Part shown: in pieces, positions 20,315 through 30,050 of the stretch | How the letters are laid out: every line of letters starts with the position of its first letter | Position numbering within the stretch: the stretch's first letter is position 1 | DNA from: an uncultured Rhodoferax sp. | GTDB taxonomy: Bacteria; Pseudomonadota; Gammaproteobacteria; Burkholderiales; Burkholderiaceae_C | Reading direction: 5' to 3' | NCBI GenBank assembly: GCA_963508575.1 | Contig: CAUOXL010000015.1 | Location: 18,445-82,444 of the forward strand | Length of the DNA stretch: 64,000 nt | Translations under genes and position numbers: made by a program | Notes under the pieces: generated by a model | What the model was told of the DNA's origin: nothing | Database searches by the model: none | Seen by the model: the letters and a program-made list of their open reading frames with translations, nothing else

Positions 20315-21361
20315 TCAGGCCATACTCGCAAGTTTCTTGGCCATGCGTACTGCCTCGATCAGACTCTGCGCATCGGCGACGCCACTGCCGGCGATATCAA
20401 ACGCAGTTCCGTGATCCGGGCTGGTCCGCACCAGCGGCAAGCCCAGGGTCACATTCACCCCCTGTTCCACGCCCATGTATTTCACCGGGATCAAGCCCTG
20501 GTCGTGGTACATCGCGACCACCACATCAAACTCACCAGGATGATCGTCAGCGTGGCGCGCACGCATGAAGACCGTGTCCGGCGCGATAGGGCCGTAGACA
20601 TCGGCACCCTCCTCACGTGCTGCCGCTATGGCAGGGGAGATTGTCTCCACCTCCTCCCGACCGAACAGTCCGCCCTCCCCCGCATGCGGATTCAAACCTG
20701 CTACCGCAATACGCGGCTCACGCCCTAAAACATCCCGCAAGGCCACGCGAGTGATGCGCACGGTTTCCAGCACGTTGTCGTACGTCACTGCATCCAATGC
20801 ATCGCGAAGCGACACATGGATACTAACCAGCACGGTCCGCAAAGCTTCGTTGGCCAGCATCATGCGCACAGGCATTTTTGACGTCAGCATCCCTCGCGCC
20901 AACGCCGCACGGGCCTGCAGAAGCTCAGTGTGGCCTGGGTAGGCGTTATAGGGCGCACCAGCGGCACTCAAGGCCTCTTTGTGAAGTGGCGCTGTTACCA
21001 GGGCGGCAATCTCACCCCGGAGGGCGGCATCAGCGGCCCATGCGACGCAACGCCCCGCAAACTCCCCTGCAGAAGTACTCACCCGCCCCAAGACGACTTG
21101 CGCCAAGGGATCGCCGATTTGCAGCACAGGAATGCATGCCGGCGGTGCAAGCCGCGCCTCATCGGGTACGCCGATGTGCAGAACAGGCAAGGGCAGCCGC
21201 TTGGCAGCCACCTGCTGTGCGGCACGCCGCATAGCCTGCACATCCCCGGCCACAAAACAAGCGTCCATCAGAGCGGGCTCCTGCCGGAAGGCCTTGGCAA
21301 TGATCTCAGGGCCTATGCCTGCGGCATCGCCCATCGTGACAGCGATGGTTGGGGACTTCAT
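20315..21361 (-). CDS. pdxA: PdxA-family 4-hydroxythreonine-4-phosphate dehydrogenase
   Basis: GDAAGIGPEI and YPGHTELL motifs; ATGA overlap with the nif3-like gene. Could be a PdxA paralogue. Confidence 0.8.
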   Translation of the reverse strand: MKSPTIAVTMGDAAGIGPEIIAKAFRQEPALMDACFVAGDVQAMRRAAQQVAAKRLPLPVLHIGVPDEARLAPPACIPVLQIGDPLAQVVLGRVSTSAGEFAGRCVAWAADAALRGEIAALVTAPLHKEALSAAGAPYNAYPGHTELLQARAALARGMLTSKMPVRMMLANEALRTVLVSIHVSLRDALDAVTYDNVLETVRITRVALRDVLGREPRIAVAGLNPHAGEGGLFGREEVETISPAIAAAREEGADVYGPIAPDTVFMRARHADDHPGEFDVVVAMYHDQGLIPVKYMGVEQGVNVTLGLPLVRTSPDHGTAFDIAGSGVADAQSLIEAVRMAKKLASMA

Positions 21362-22113
21362 GCGGGGTTGGGGATGTCGATAAAGGTATGCTGGATTCCG
21401 AACTCTTTCGCAAGGCTGGCCCCCACCGCAGGTGCTCCGTAGCGCTCACTGGCGTGGTGACCACAGGCGATGTAAGACACACCGCATTCGCGCGCATAGT
21501 GGGCTTGGGGCTCTGAGATTTCACCGGTGATAAAAACCTGCGCTCCAGCTGCAATGGCAGGCTCGAAATAGCTTTGCGCACCGCCTGTGCACCAGCCCAC
21601 CTCGCTCACAGGGCCCGCCCTGCCGGACACCAGGGTGACCTGCCGCCCCAGACATGCTTCCACATGTTGTGCCAGAGCTTCGTCTGACTCCCACCCGCCG
21701 GAGGACGAACTCCCCAGCAGCCCCAGCGATTGCTCCCCGAAGCTGGCGTGTGCTTGCAGACCGAGAATCCGCCCCAATTGTGCGTTGTTACCCAGCTCAG
21801 GGTGTGCGTCCAGCGGCAGGTGGTAGGCGAACAAACTGATGTCATGGGCGAGCAGCAAAGCAAGACGCTTACGCATCCAGCCACTCACCTGACCGCCAAA
21901 GCCTTTCCAGAACAAACCATGGTGCACCAGGATGGCATCTGCGCCGCTCTCTATGGCCGCCTGAATCAACGCCTCGCTCGCCGTGACACCGGAAACGAGG
22001 TGGCGAATGTCTGTCCGGCCCTCAACTTGCAGACCGTTATGACAATAGTCCTTGAAACGCTCGGGTTGCAGCAGCGTCTGAAGGGATTGGAGAAGTGCGT
22101 GGCGTTCAATCAT
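21358..22113 (-). CDS. Nif3-like dinuclear metal centre protein (YbgI family)
   Basis: 251 aa; HHGLFWKG and CGHHASERYG motifs. Confidence 0.85.
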   Translation of the reverse strand: MIERHALLQSLQTLLQPERFKDYCHNGLQVEGRTDIRHLVSGVTASEALIQAAIESGADAILVHHGLFWKGFGGQVSGWMRKRLALLLAHDISLFAYHLPLDAHPELGNNAQLGRILGLQAHASFGEQSLGLLGSSSSGGWESDEALAQHVEACLGRQVTLVSGRAGPVSEVGWCTGGAQSYFEPAIAAGAQVFITGEISEPQAHYARECGVSYIACGHHASERYGAPAVGASLAKEFGIQHTFIDIPNPA

Positions 22114-22510
22114 GATTTTGCGGAGTCCTCGCCTCCGATCTGTTTGACTGGATTGTCCCAGACGGTGTTGTCACTTCCAGCGTGCTATCACAGCCCGAGC
22201 CGGCCGAAATCCAACGGGGGGCGAGCCTTCGCAGCATTGCAGCCAATGGTTTCTTTGCAAACTGCATCCACCGAGGCAAGCACTTATCCAAGATGTATCG
22301 CGGCTCGGTCAGCGCGCCGCAACGGTAAACACGTTTTTCATCCACCCAAAGAAGCGCTTTGCATGCTCCCGTTGTGCGCCCGCTCAAGACCATACCCACA
22401 GGACAAGGCTCCGCCAGACAGCAAACTCCGCAGCCATTGCAGACAGCACCCCACGCCGGTTTGGCGGGCGCCTCCGGCTGGATAAAGATGGTGCTGCGGG
22501 GTTTCGCCAT
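22106..22510 (-). CDS. cysteine-cluster protein (YkgJ/UPF0153-like)
   Basis: CNGCGVCCLAEPCP motif; 8-nt overlap with the nif3-like start; start chosen at MAKPRST. Confidence 0.5.
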   Translation of the reverse strand: MAKPRSTIFIQPEAPAKPAWGAVCNGCGVCCLAEPCPVGMVLSGRTTGACKALLWVDEKRVYRCGALTEPRYILDKCLPRWMQFAKKPLAAMLRRLAPRWISAGSGCDSTLEVTTPSGTIQSNRSEARTPQNHD

Positions 22511-22591
22511 AGATCGGGGTAAACGCAAAGCTTAGCAGCCTACAATTTGTACAAAGCCCGTACTGATGCGTGCCGATTGTTGAGTGATTGC

Positions 22592-23734
22592 ATGAAAAGA
22601 CTTTGGTTGCTGTTTTCCCAAACTTGCACGGTATTGTTGGCCACCTATTTTGTAGTGGCCACCTTGAAGCCGCAGTGGATCGGCCACGGCAGCGGATCCC
22701 GCAGTGCCATTTCCTTGTTCGAGACACCCGCACCGGCGGCCGGAGAGATTCCACCGGGCAGCCTGCGCACCGCTGCGCAAAGGGCGTCGTCCGCCGTGGT
22801 GAGCATCAACACCAGCAAAGCTGCGGTCAAGAACCCCAATGCCAACGACCCCTGGTTCCGCTTTTTTTACGGCGACCAGGGCGACGAGCCACAGGGCGGA
22901 CTGGGCAGTGGCGTCATCGTCAGCCCTGAGGGCTACATCCTGACCAACAACCACGTGATTGAAGAGGCTGATGCGATTGAGGTGTTCTTCAATGATGGGC
23001 GCAAGGCGCCTGCCAAAGTCATAGGAACCGATCCGGACAGTGATCTGGCCGTACTGAAAGTGGAACTGGACAAATTACCCACCATCGTGCTGGGCAACTC
23101 CGACTCCTTGCAGGTAGGCGACCAGGTGCTCGCGATTGGCAATCCCTTCGGCGTCGGCCAAACCGTGACCAGTGGCATTGTGAGTGCCCTGGGGCGCAAC
23201 CAACTAGGTATCAACACCTTTGAAAACTTCATCCAGACGGATGCCGCCATCAATCCTGGCAATTCCGGTGGAGCGCTGGTGGACACCAACGGCAATCTGC
23301 TGGGTATCAACACCGCCATCTACTCACGGTCGGGTGGCAGCATGGGCATCGGCTTTGCCATTCCCGTCGCCACAGCCAAGCAGGTGCTGGAAGACATTGT
23401 GAAAGACGGCAAAGTCACGCGTGGTTGGATCGGGGTGGAACCCAATGACCTGTCCGCAGAGTTGGCAGAAACTTTTGATGTCAAAACCAAAGAAGGCGTC
23501 ATCATCACCGGCGTGCTGCAAAACGGCCCTGCTGCCCAAGCAGGCATCCGCCCGGGCGATGTCATCGTGAGCATTGCTGGCAAACCGGTGCCGGATGTGA
23601 CCCAACTGCTGTCCTTGGTATCGTCTTTGACACCGGGCACCGAAGCAGCCTTTGTGGTTCAACGCAAAGACGAAACGCTAAAGCTCAAACTCACACCCGG
23701 TATCCGCCCCAAGCCTAAAACGCTGAAGCGCTAA
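22592..23734 (+). CDS. DegS/AlgW-like periplasmic serine protease with one PDZ domain
   Basis: N-terminal TM, trypsin-like GNSGGAL active-site motif, single C-terminal PDZ; start at MKRLWLLF. Confidence 0.88.
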   Translation: MKRLWLLFSQTCTVLLATYFVVATLKPQWIGHGSGSRSAISLFETPAPAAGEIPPGSLRTAAQRASSAVVSINTSKAAVKNPNANDPWFRFFYGDQGDEPQGGLGSGVIVSPEGYILTNNHVIEEADAIEVFFNDGRKAPAKVIGTDPDSDLAVLKVELDKLPTIVLGNSDSLQVGDQVLAIGNPFGVGQTVTSGIVSALGRNQLGINTFENFIQTDAAINPGNSGGALVDTNGNLLGINTAIYSRSGGSMGIGFAIPVATAKQVLEDIVKDGKVTRGWIGVEPNDLSAELAETFDVKTKEGVIITGVLQNGPAAQAGIRPGDVIVSIAGKPVPDVTQLLSLVSSLTPGTEAAFVVQRKDETLKLKLTPGIRPKPKTLKR

Positions 23735-23739
23735 ACCAA

Positions 23740-23761
23740 AAGCCCCCGGTTCCGGGGGCTT
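23740..23761. terminator. bidirectional terminator hairpin between convergent protease and tatC genes
   Basis: AAGCCCCCGG-TT-CCGGGGGCTT, a perfect palindrome flanked by A and T runs. Confidence 0.7.
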
Positions 23762-23766
23762 GGCGC

Positions 23767-24552
23767 TCAAGTCGAGGAGCTCGTCTCTTCAGGCGCTTGT
23801 GTGTGTTTGATAAACACCTGAGCGGCCCAGATACCGATCTCATACAAGATGCACATCGGTATGGCCAGCGCTAGCTGGGACACCACATCAGGCGGCGTCA
23901 CGATAGCAGCGACTACAAAAGCCAGCACGATGAAATAGCTCCGGAATGCCTTGAGCTTGTCGATGCTGACAATATTCATCCGCGCCAGCACGATCACCAC
24001 AATCGGTACCTCGAAGGCCAGGCCGAAGGCCAGAAACATGGATAGCACAAAATCCAGGTAAGACTCAATATCCGGCGTGGCGGCAATGCTGGCAGGGGCA
24101 AAACTCTGGATAAATTTGAACACCTGCCCGAAGACAAAGAAATAGCAAAACGCGACGCCCACGAAAAACAGCACGGTGCTGGAAATCACCAAGGGCAAGA
24201 CCAGCTTTTTTTCGTGACTGTAGAGGCCCGGTGCCACAAAAGCCCAGAGCTGCCAGAGCACCACCGGCAATGCCAGCAAGAATGCCGCCATCAGCATGAT
24301 CTTCAGCGGCACCAGGAAGGGGGAGATGACCGAGGTCGCAATCAGCTTGCCCCCCGCAGGCAATGAAGCCACCAAGGGCTGCGCCAGAATGTCGTAGAGT
24401 GCGGCCGGCCCCGGATACAAGGCCAAAACGGCCAGTGCGACGCCCACCGCAATCAGGGCTTTGACCAAACGGTCCCGGAGCTCCATCAAATGCTGGACGA
24501 AAGGCTGCTCGGTGCCTGCAAGCTCGTCTTGCGGTTGATTTTCAGTGGACAT
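23767..24552 (-). CDS. tatC: twin-arginine translocase subunit TatC
   Basis: 261 aa, 6 TM; N-terminus PFVQHLMELRDRL. Confidence 0.93.
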   Translation of the reverse strand: MSTENQPQDELAGTEQPFVQHLMELRDRLVKALIAVGVALAVLALYPGPAALYDILAQPLVASLPAGGKLIATSVISPFLVPLKIMLMAAFLLALPVVLWQLWAFVAPGLYSHEKKLVLPLVISSTVLFFVGVAFCYFFVFGQVFKFIQSFAPASIAATPDIESYLDFVLSMFLAFGLAFEVPIVVIVLARMNIVSIDKLKAFRSYFIVLAFVVAAIVTPPDVVSQLALAIPMCILYEIGIWAAQVFIKHTQAPEETSSST

Positions 24553-24573
24553 GGGAGAAAAGTTGGGCGCCGC

Positions 24574-25017
24574 TCAATGGGCGCGAGGTGGACGGAAACG
24601 GGCCACCCGTGCAGCCCCTGACAACGCGCGGGTACGCACGCCATTGCGGGCCTTGTACCAGTGCGGCATGGCCCCTTGCTTGAGGCGCCATTTTTTATTC
24701 GGGTGTTTGTAGGCGGGCGCTTCGGGTTCCAGGGCCGCATCAGTCGCATCGGTCCATGACTTTTCAAAGTCGCTGGCAGAAGTCTGGATGGAGTTTTCCA
24801 CGTTGCGCGCCGCGTCTTCCACGGTCTCGCGCATCTTTTTCAACTCATCCAGATCCATGGAGCGGTTGACCTCGGCCTTCACGTCAGCCACATAGCGCTG
24901 GGCCTTGCCAAGCAAGGCGCCCACGGTGCGGGCGACGCGGGGAAGCTTCTCCGGCCCGATGACGATCAGCGCCACCGCGCCGATCAGCGCCATTTTGGAA
25001 ATTCCGAGATCAATCAT
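24574..25017 (-). CDS. tatB: twin-arginine translocase subunit TatB
   Basis: [27 protein letters not shown]-terminus. Confidence 0.85.
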   Translation of the reverse strand: MIDLGISKMALIGAVALIVIGPEKLPRVARTVGALLGKAQRYVADVKAEVNRSMDLDELKKMRETVEDAARNVENSIQTSASDFEKSWTDATDAALEPEAPAYKHPNKKWRLKQGAMPHWYKARNGVRTRALSGAARVARFRPPRAH

Positions 25018-25023
25018 GTTTCA

Positions 25024-25130
25024 CCGCCCGGGCCGTCCCAAGGTGTTCTGAACCGCTTGGCGGTCAGCCCCGCAAGGGAAACGCAACCCCTCAGGGGCAG
25101 CGCAGTACACGGAGTGACGAGCGTGAGGGG
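25024..25130 (+). repeat. family-2 GC-rich interspersed repeat, long copy
   Basis: CCGCCCGGGCCGTCCCAAGG...CCCCTCAGGGGCAG..TACACGGAGTGA..GAGGGG. Matches the reverse complement of 27873..27947. Confidence 0.65.
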
Positions 25131-25144
25131 CATGTACTTTTAGC

Positions 25145-25384
25145 TCAGTTTTTTTGCTTGGCTTCCACGTCAATCGTGGTTTTTTCAGACGCATTGGCCA
25201 CTTGCTGTGCAGGAGCAGCAGGCTTGTCGTCGGCAGCCGGTGTAGATCCGTCTTTCATGCCGTCTTTGAAACCCTTGACCGCACCACCCAAGTCAGACCC
25301 GATGTTCTTGAGCTTCTTGGTACCGAAGACCATGACGACGATCAGCAGAACGATCAACCAGTGCCAGATAGAAAATGAACCCAT
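25145..25384 (-). CDS. tatA: twin-arginine translocase subunit TatA
   Basis: [26 protein letters not shown]-terminus. Confidence 0.92.
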   Translation of the reverse strand: MGSFSIWHWLIVLLIVVMVFGTKKLKNIGSDLGGAVKGFKDGMKDGSTPAADDKPAAPAQQVANASEKTTIDVEAKQKN

Positions 25385-25431
25385 GATGTACTCCTAACGA
25401 TTAATTGAATTCTAGTCCCCGCTCAGGACAC

Positions 25432-25809
25432 TCAGCCGCGCAGCCAGGGGCGCGGACCGCCCATGACATGAAAATGCAAGTGATGGACTTCCTGACCGCC
25501 CTCTGCACCTGTGTTGGTAACCACACGGTAGCCGCCTTCCGGATACGGGTTACAGCCTTCCTGCAAAGCCAGTTGGGGAACCAGGGCCATCATGTGGCCC
25601 ATGAGAGCCGCATCTTCAGTGCCCACATGGGCCATGCTGGGAATATGGACCTTGGGAATCAGTAAAAAATGCACCGGTGCCCACGGGTTGATGTCGTGGA
25701 AGGCATAGACATGCTCGTCCTCGTACACTGCTCTGGAGGGAATCTGTTTGGCCACGATCTTGCAAAAAATGCAGTTCGGATCGTGGGCGCTGTGAGTGTG
25801 CTCGCTCAT
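25432..25809 (-). CDS. HIT-family nucleotide hydrolase
   Basis: Histidine triad HLHFHVMGG; ATG at 25809. Confidence 0.9.
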   Translation of the reverse strand: MSEHTHSAHDPNCIFCKIVAKQIPSRAVYEDEHVYAFHDINPWAPVHFLLIPKVHIPSMAHVGTEDAALMGHMMALVPQLALQEGCNPYPEGGYRVVTNTGAEGGQEVHHLHFHVMGGPRPWLRG

Positions 25810-26207
25810 GCACCAATCTCCTGACCTTTGTTCATTGCCATAAAGCCGGTCACGATACGGTAGAGAAACCACACCGAGATGACAGCCCAGGCAATAGCAC
25901 CGGGAAAATACAACAAGAAAAACAGCGGAAGTGTCAGCAGGTAAGCCAGTCCCGCAAATAGGACGGAACGGATGCGCCAGCGGAAGTGCGATGCATGCCA
26001 GGTGCCGGTTGCGTCATCGCGCTTGACCAAGTCCAGAATCAAGGCGACGACCAGCAGCGTCATGCCAAACTGGCCGCCAGGAATGAACGCCGCCACCGCC
26101 ACGATAAGGTGCAACACATAGCTGATGGTGCCTATGGTGTTGAGCCCCTGTAACTTGAACAACAGGGCCTGGTCCGGCGTGGCGGGCGTGGTGAAATCCT
26201 GGGTCAT
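25806..26207 (-). CDS. small integral membrane protein (DUF4870-like)
   Basis: 133 aa, 3-4 predicted TM helices; stop overlaps the HIT start (ATGA). Confidence 0.55.
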   Translation of the reverse strand: MTQDFTTPATPDQALLFKLQGLNTIGTISYVLHLIVAVAAFIPGGQFGMTLLVVALILDLVKRDDATGTWHASHFRWRIRSVLFAGLAYLLTLPLFFLLYFPGAIAWAVISVWFLYRIVTGFMAMNKGQEIGA

Positions 26208-26216
26208 GGCGAGTCC

Positions 26217-26597
26217 TTATTTGGATTCGGCTTCGCGGGCGACTGCCTTGCGCAAGGCCTTTTCTTCCAGCCCGCTGGTGCCCAGGCGGCGCTCCAGCTC
26301 GGTGATGACGTCGGCCGGGCTCAGGCCGTAATGGGCCAGCGCCACCATGCTGTGAAACCACAGGTCTGCCATTTCATAGACGATTTTGGACTTATCGCCG
26401 CCGTGGTCTGCGTCTTTGGCGGCCAGCACCACCTCGGTGGCTTCTTCGCCAATCTTCTTCAAAAAGGCATCAGGGCCTTTGTGCAGCAGGCGCGCCACGT
26501 AACTGGCCTCGGGGTCTCCCCCGTTAGCCGCTTTGCGGCTCTCGATAACGGCCGCCAAATGGGCCAGCGCGTCTTGCGAAGTGGGCTGATCTTGCAT
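26217..26597 (-). CDS. hisE: phosphoribosyl-ATP pyrophosphatase
   Basis: LAAVIESRK...[25 protein letters not shown]; ATG at 26597. Confidence 0.88.
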   Translation of the reverse strand: MQDQPTSQDALAHLAAVIESRKAANGGDPEASYVARLLHKGPDAFLKKIGEEATEVVLAAKDADHGGDKSKIVYEMADLWFHSMVALAHYGLSPADVITELERRLGTSGLEEKALRKAVAREAESK

Positions 26598-26613
26598 AGT
26601 TGGAGTACGCGCT

Positions 26614-27027
26614 TTATTTGTAAATGGATTCAGGGTCTTTGAGCACCGGGTCCACCGCTTGCCAGACACCGTCTTTCAACACGCTGAAGAAACAGCTGTG
26701 GCGGCCGGTGTGGCAAGCGATGCCGGGCTCATGGCCAAGCTGGGTCACTTTGAGCAAGATAACGTCACTGTCACAGTCCATGCGGATTTCATGGACTTTC
26801 TGCACGTGGCCGGACTCCTCGCCCTTGAACCAAAGCTTGTCGCGCGAGCGGCTGAAATACACCGCCTGCCCCAGCTCCACCGTCTTTTGCAAAGCTTCGC
26901 GGTTCATCCAGGCGAACATGAGCACATCGCCGGTGCTCTGCTCTTGGGCAATAACGGGCACCAGGCCCTTGGAGTCCCATCGGATGTGCTTGATCCAGCT
27001 CACTGGGGGGGTTGTCGGAGATTCCAT
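26614..27027 (-). CDS. hisI: phosphoribosyl-AMP cyclohydrolase
   Basis: 137 aa; GLVPVIAQE...[10 protein letters not shown]...[10 protein letters not shown]. Confidence 0.92.
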   Translation of the reverse strand: MESPTTPPVSWIKHIRWDSKGLVPVIAQEQSTGDVLMFAWMNREALQKTVELGQAVYFSRSRDKLWFKGEESGHVQKVHEIRMDCDSDVILLKVTQLGHEPGIACHTGRHSCFFSVLKDGVWQAVDPVLKDPESIYK

Positions 27028-27087
27028 TTTGCTATTTCTTTGATAGCTGCTCGCGCAGCATTGACGGGCGCCAGAGCACTAAAAGGC
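27028..27087 (+). repeat. family-1 interspersed repeat, copy A (fills the whole hisF-hisI gap)
   Basis: TTTGCTAT-TTCTTTG-ATAGC-TGC-TCGCGCAGCATTGACGGGCGCCAGAGCACTAAAAGGC; hairpin GCTAT-N7-ATAGC then GCGC..GCGC. Confidence 0.7.
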
Positions 27088-27867
27088 TCAAATCCTGACC
27101 GGAATACCCCGCTCCGCCATGCGCGCTTTGGCCTGGCCCACCGTGTATTCACCGTAATGGAAGATGCTGGCCGCCAGCACGGCATCGGCACCGCCCTGCT
27201 GCACACCATCTGCCAAATGGTCGAGGTTGCCAACACCGCCGCTGGCAATCACCGGCACGCTGATGGCATCAGCCACTGCGCGGGTCAGGGCCAAGTCGAA
27301 GCCGCTCTTGGTGCCATCGCGGTCCATGCTGGTGAGCAAAATCTCGCCAGCACCACGTCGGGCCATCTCGGTGGCCCAGGCCACGGCATCGAGGCCGGTG
27401 TTCTTGCGGCCGCCATGGCTGTAGACATCCCAACCTGGGCCACGGACCAAGGCGTCTTCTTCAGACCGGCGCTTGGCATCGATGGCGACCACAATGGCTT
27501 GTGAGCCGTATTTCAAGGACGCATCTTCAATCACTTGGGGGTTGGCCAGCGCCGCCGAGTTGAAACTCACCTTGTCGGCCCCCGCATTGAGCAGGCGGCG
27601 CACGTCTTCCACCACCCGCACCCCGCCACCAACGGTAAGCGGAATGAACACCTGCGAGGCCACCGCTTCAATGATGTGCAAAATCAGGTCGCGGCCGTCG
27701 CTGGTGGCGGTGATGTCCAGAAACGTGAGTTCGTCGGCGCCCTGGTCGTTGTAGCGGGCCGCGATTTCCACCGGGTCACCGGCGTCACGCAGCTCGACAA
27801 AGTTGACGCCTTTGACGACGCGACCACCGGTCACGTCCAGGCAAGGAATGATTCTCTTAGCGAGCAT
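27088..27867 (-). CDS. hisF: imidazole glycerol phosphate synthase cyclase subunit
   Basis: [13 protein letters not shown]-terminus; ATG at 27867. Confidence 0.95.
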   Translation of the reverse strand: MLAKRIIPCLDVTGGRVVKGVNFVELRDAGDPVEIAARYNDQGADELTFLDITATSDGRDLILHIIEAVASQVFIPLTVGGGVRVVEDVRRLLNAGADKVSFNSAALANPQVIEDASLKYGSQAIVVAIDAKRRSEEDALVRGPGWDVYSHGGRKNTGLDAVAWATEMARRGAGEILLTSMDRDGTKSGFDLALTRAVADAISVPVIASGGVGNLDHLADGVQQGGADAVLAASIFHYGEYTVGQAKARMAERGIPVRI

Positions 27868-27872
27868 GGTTG

Positions 27873-27947
27873 CCCCCACGGTCGCTCACTACGTGTAGCT
27901 TCCTGCCCCCCGAGGGGGCCGTGTTTTGCCTTGGGACGGCCCGGCGG
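27873..27947 (-). repeat. family-2 GC-rich interspersed repeat, short copy (opposite orientation)
   Basis: Reverse complement CCGCCGGGCCGTCCCAAGG...CCCCCTCGGGGGGCAG..TACACGTAGTGA..GTGGGGG; fills the hisF-hisA gap. Confidence 0.65.
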
Positions 27948-27957
27948 CAAAACTTGT

Positions 27958-28698
27958 TCATCCGTTCAACTCGTCGGCACGGGTCTGTGCAGCGGCAAAG
28001 TCCAAATCGCCGCTGTAAATGGCGCGGCCGCAGATCACGCCTTCCACGCCTTCGTCTTCCACTTCGCACAAGGCTTCAATGTCAGCCATGTTGGACAAGC
28101 CGCCAGAGGCGATCACGGGGATGGTCAGTGCTTGCGCCAGCTTGACGGTGGCCTCAATGTTGATGCCCGAGAGCATGCCGTCGCGGCCGATGTCGGTGTA
28201 AATGATGGACTCGACGCCGTAGTCTTCAAACTTCTTGCCCAGGTCCACCACATCGTGGCGGGTGAGCTTGCTCCAGCCGTCGGTGGCCACTTTGCCGTCG
28301 CGGGCGTCCAGGCCCACGATGATGTGGCCGCCGAACGCGGTGCAGGCGTCCTGCAAAAAGCCGGGGTTCTTCACGGCGGCAGTGCCGATGATGACGTAGC
28401 GCAGGCCAGCGTCCAGGTAACGCTCAATGGTGTCCAGGTCGCGGATACCGCCGCCCAGCTGCACGTCGATCTCGCCGCCCACTTCCTTGAGGATCTTGCG
28501 AATGGCCTGCTCGTTCTTGGGGTGACCGGCAAAGGCGCCGTTCAAGTCCACCAGATGGAGGCGGCGGGCCCCCTTGTCGACCCAGCTACGGGCCATGACC
28601 GCAGGGTCTTCGCCGAAAGTAGTGGATTGGTCCATATCGCCTTGTTTGAGGCGAACGCAGTGGCCGTCTTTGAGGTCAATCGCAGGAATTAAAAGCAT
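27958..28698 (-). CDS. hisA: ProFAR isomerase
   Basis: [21 protein letters not shown]-terminus. Confidence 0.95.
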   Translation of the reverse strand: MLLIPAIDLKDGHCVRLKQGDMDQSTTFGEDPAVMARSWVDKGARRLHLVDLNGAFAGHPKNEQAIRKILKEVGGEIDVQLGGGIRDLDTIERYLDAGLRYVIIGTAAVKNPGFLQDACTAFGGHIIVGLDARDGKVATDGWSKLTRHDVVDLGKKFEDYGVESIIYTDIGRDGMLSGINIEATVKLAQALTIPVIASGGLSNMADIEALCEVEDEGVEGVICGRAIYSGDLDFAAAQTRADELNG

Positions 28699-28767
28699 GG
28701 TGCTTCAGGGTTGGAGGAAAAAAAGAGAACGCTTTGCCAGATGCTGAAGTGCGGCAAGGAAAAAGTT

Positions 28768-29418
28768 TCAAGGATTCCAGTGCAGGAAGTTGCGGTAGAG
28801 CGCCAAACCGTGTTCAGCGCTTTTCTCGGGGTGGAATTGTGTTGCAAAAATATTATCGCGCGCAATCGCGCAGGAGAAGCGTTGGCCGTAGTCGGTCTGG
28901 CCCGCGCTGTGGCGTGCATCCGACGGTCGGGCGTAGTAGCTGTGCACAAAATAGAAGTAGCTGCCATCCGGCACATCGCCCCACACCGGGTGTCGGGGCT
29001 CCGCGGATTGCCAGACCTGGTTCCAGCCCATCTGGGGCACTTTGAAGCGGCTGCCGTCGGCTTGCAGCTGACCGGCGAGATCAAACTTGACCACCTCGCC
29101 AGGAATCAAGCCCAGGCAGGGTGTGTCCAGCTCTTCGGAGTGGTCCAGCAACATCTGCATGCCCACGCACACGCCCATCAGGGGCTTGTGCGCTGATGCG
29201 TGCATCACGGCGTCGAACATGCCGGACTCGTGCAGCTCGCGCATGCAGTCGCGCATGCCACCCTGGCCAGGCAGCACCACGCGCTCGGCGTCCATCACTT
29301 CTTGCGGGGTGCGGGCCCAGACGACCTCGACACCAGTGCCCTCGGCCACATGCATCACCGCCTGGGTGACGGAGCGCAAATTGCCCATGCCGTAGTCAAC
29401 GACAGCGACCTTTTTCAT
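28768..29418 (-). CDS. hisH: imidazole glycerol phosphate synthase glutaminase subunit
   Basis: [14 protein letters not shown]; GVCVGMQ catalytic Cys. Confidence 0.95.
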   Translation of the reverse strand: MKKVAVVDYGMGNLRSVTQAVMHVAEGTGVEVVWARTPQEVMDAERVVLPGQGGMRDCMRELHESGMFDAVMHASAHKPLMGVCVGMQMLLDHSEELDTPCLGLIPGEVVKFDLAGQLQADGSRFKVPQMGWNQVWQSAEPRHPVWGDVPDGSYFYFVHSYYARPSDARHSAGQTDYGQRFSCAIARDNIFATQFHPEKSAEHGLALYRNFLHWNP

Positions 29419-30050
29419 CAGAGCGACCCTTTGGTGGAAGGAATCACGCCCAATGCGCGCGGGTCGAACTCCAGCGCGGAGCGCAGTGCGCGGGCAAAGG
29501 CCTTGAACACCGTCTCGGCCTGGTGGTGGGCGTTTTCGCCCTTGAGGTTGTCAATGTGCAGGGTCACCGAGGCGTGGTTCACAAAACCCTGAAAGAACTC
29601 GTGGGTGAGTTGGGTGTCAAACGCGCCAATCATGCCGCTCTTGAAGGGCACATGCATCTCCAACTGCGGGCGGCCGGAAAAGTCGATCACCACGCGGCTC
29701 AGCGCTTCGTCCAAGGGCACATAAGCGTGGCCGTAACGGCGGATGCCCTTTTTGTCGCCCACGGCCTTGGCAAAGGCCTGGCCCAGGGTGATGCCCACGT
29801 CTTCCACGGTGTGGTGCCCGTCAATGTGCAAATCGCCTTCGGCTTCAATGTCGAGGTCGATCAGCCCATGGCGGGCGATCTGGTCGAGCATGTGGTCAAA
29901 AAAGCCAATGCCGGTGGACAGGCGGCTCACACCGGTGCCGTCCAAGTTCACGCGCACGCGAATCTTGGTTTCCGCGGTGTTGCGGGACACTTCGGCGATG
30001 CGCGCGGGCATGGCGGAGGGGACTTCAGTGATCGGGTAATGGGTGCTCAT
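29418..30050 (-). CDS. hisB: imidazoleglycerol-phosphate dehydratase
   Basis: [16 protein letters not shown]; HHTVEDVGI; monofunctional length of 210 aa. Confidence 0.95.
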   Translation of the reverse strand: MSTHYPITEVPSAMPARIAEVSRNTAETKIRVRVNLDGTGVSRLSTGIGFFDHMLDQIARHGLIDLDIEAEGDLHIDGHHTVEDVGITLGQAFAKAVGDKKGIRRYGHAYVPLDEALSRVVIDFSGRPQLEMHVPFKSGMIGAFDTQLTHEFFQGFVNHASVTLHIDNLKGENAHHQAETVFKAFARALRSALEFDPRALGVIPSTKGSL

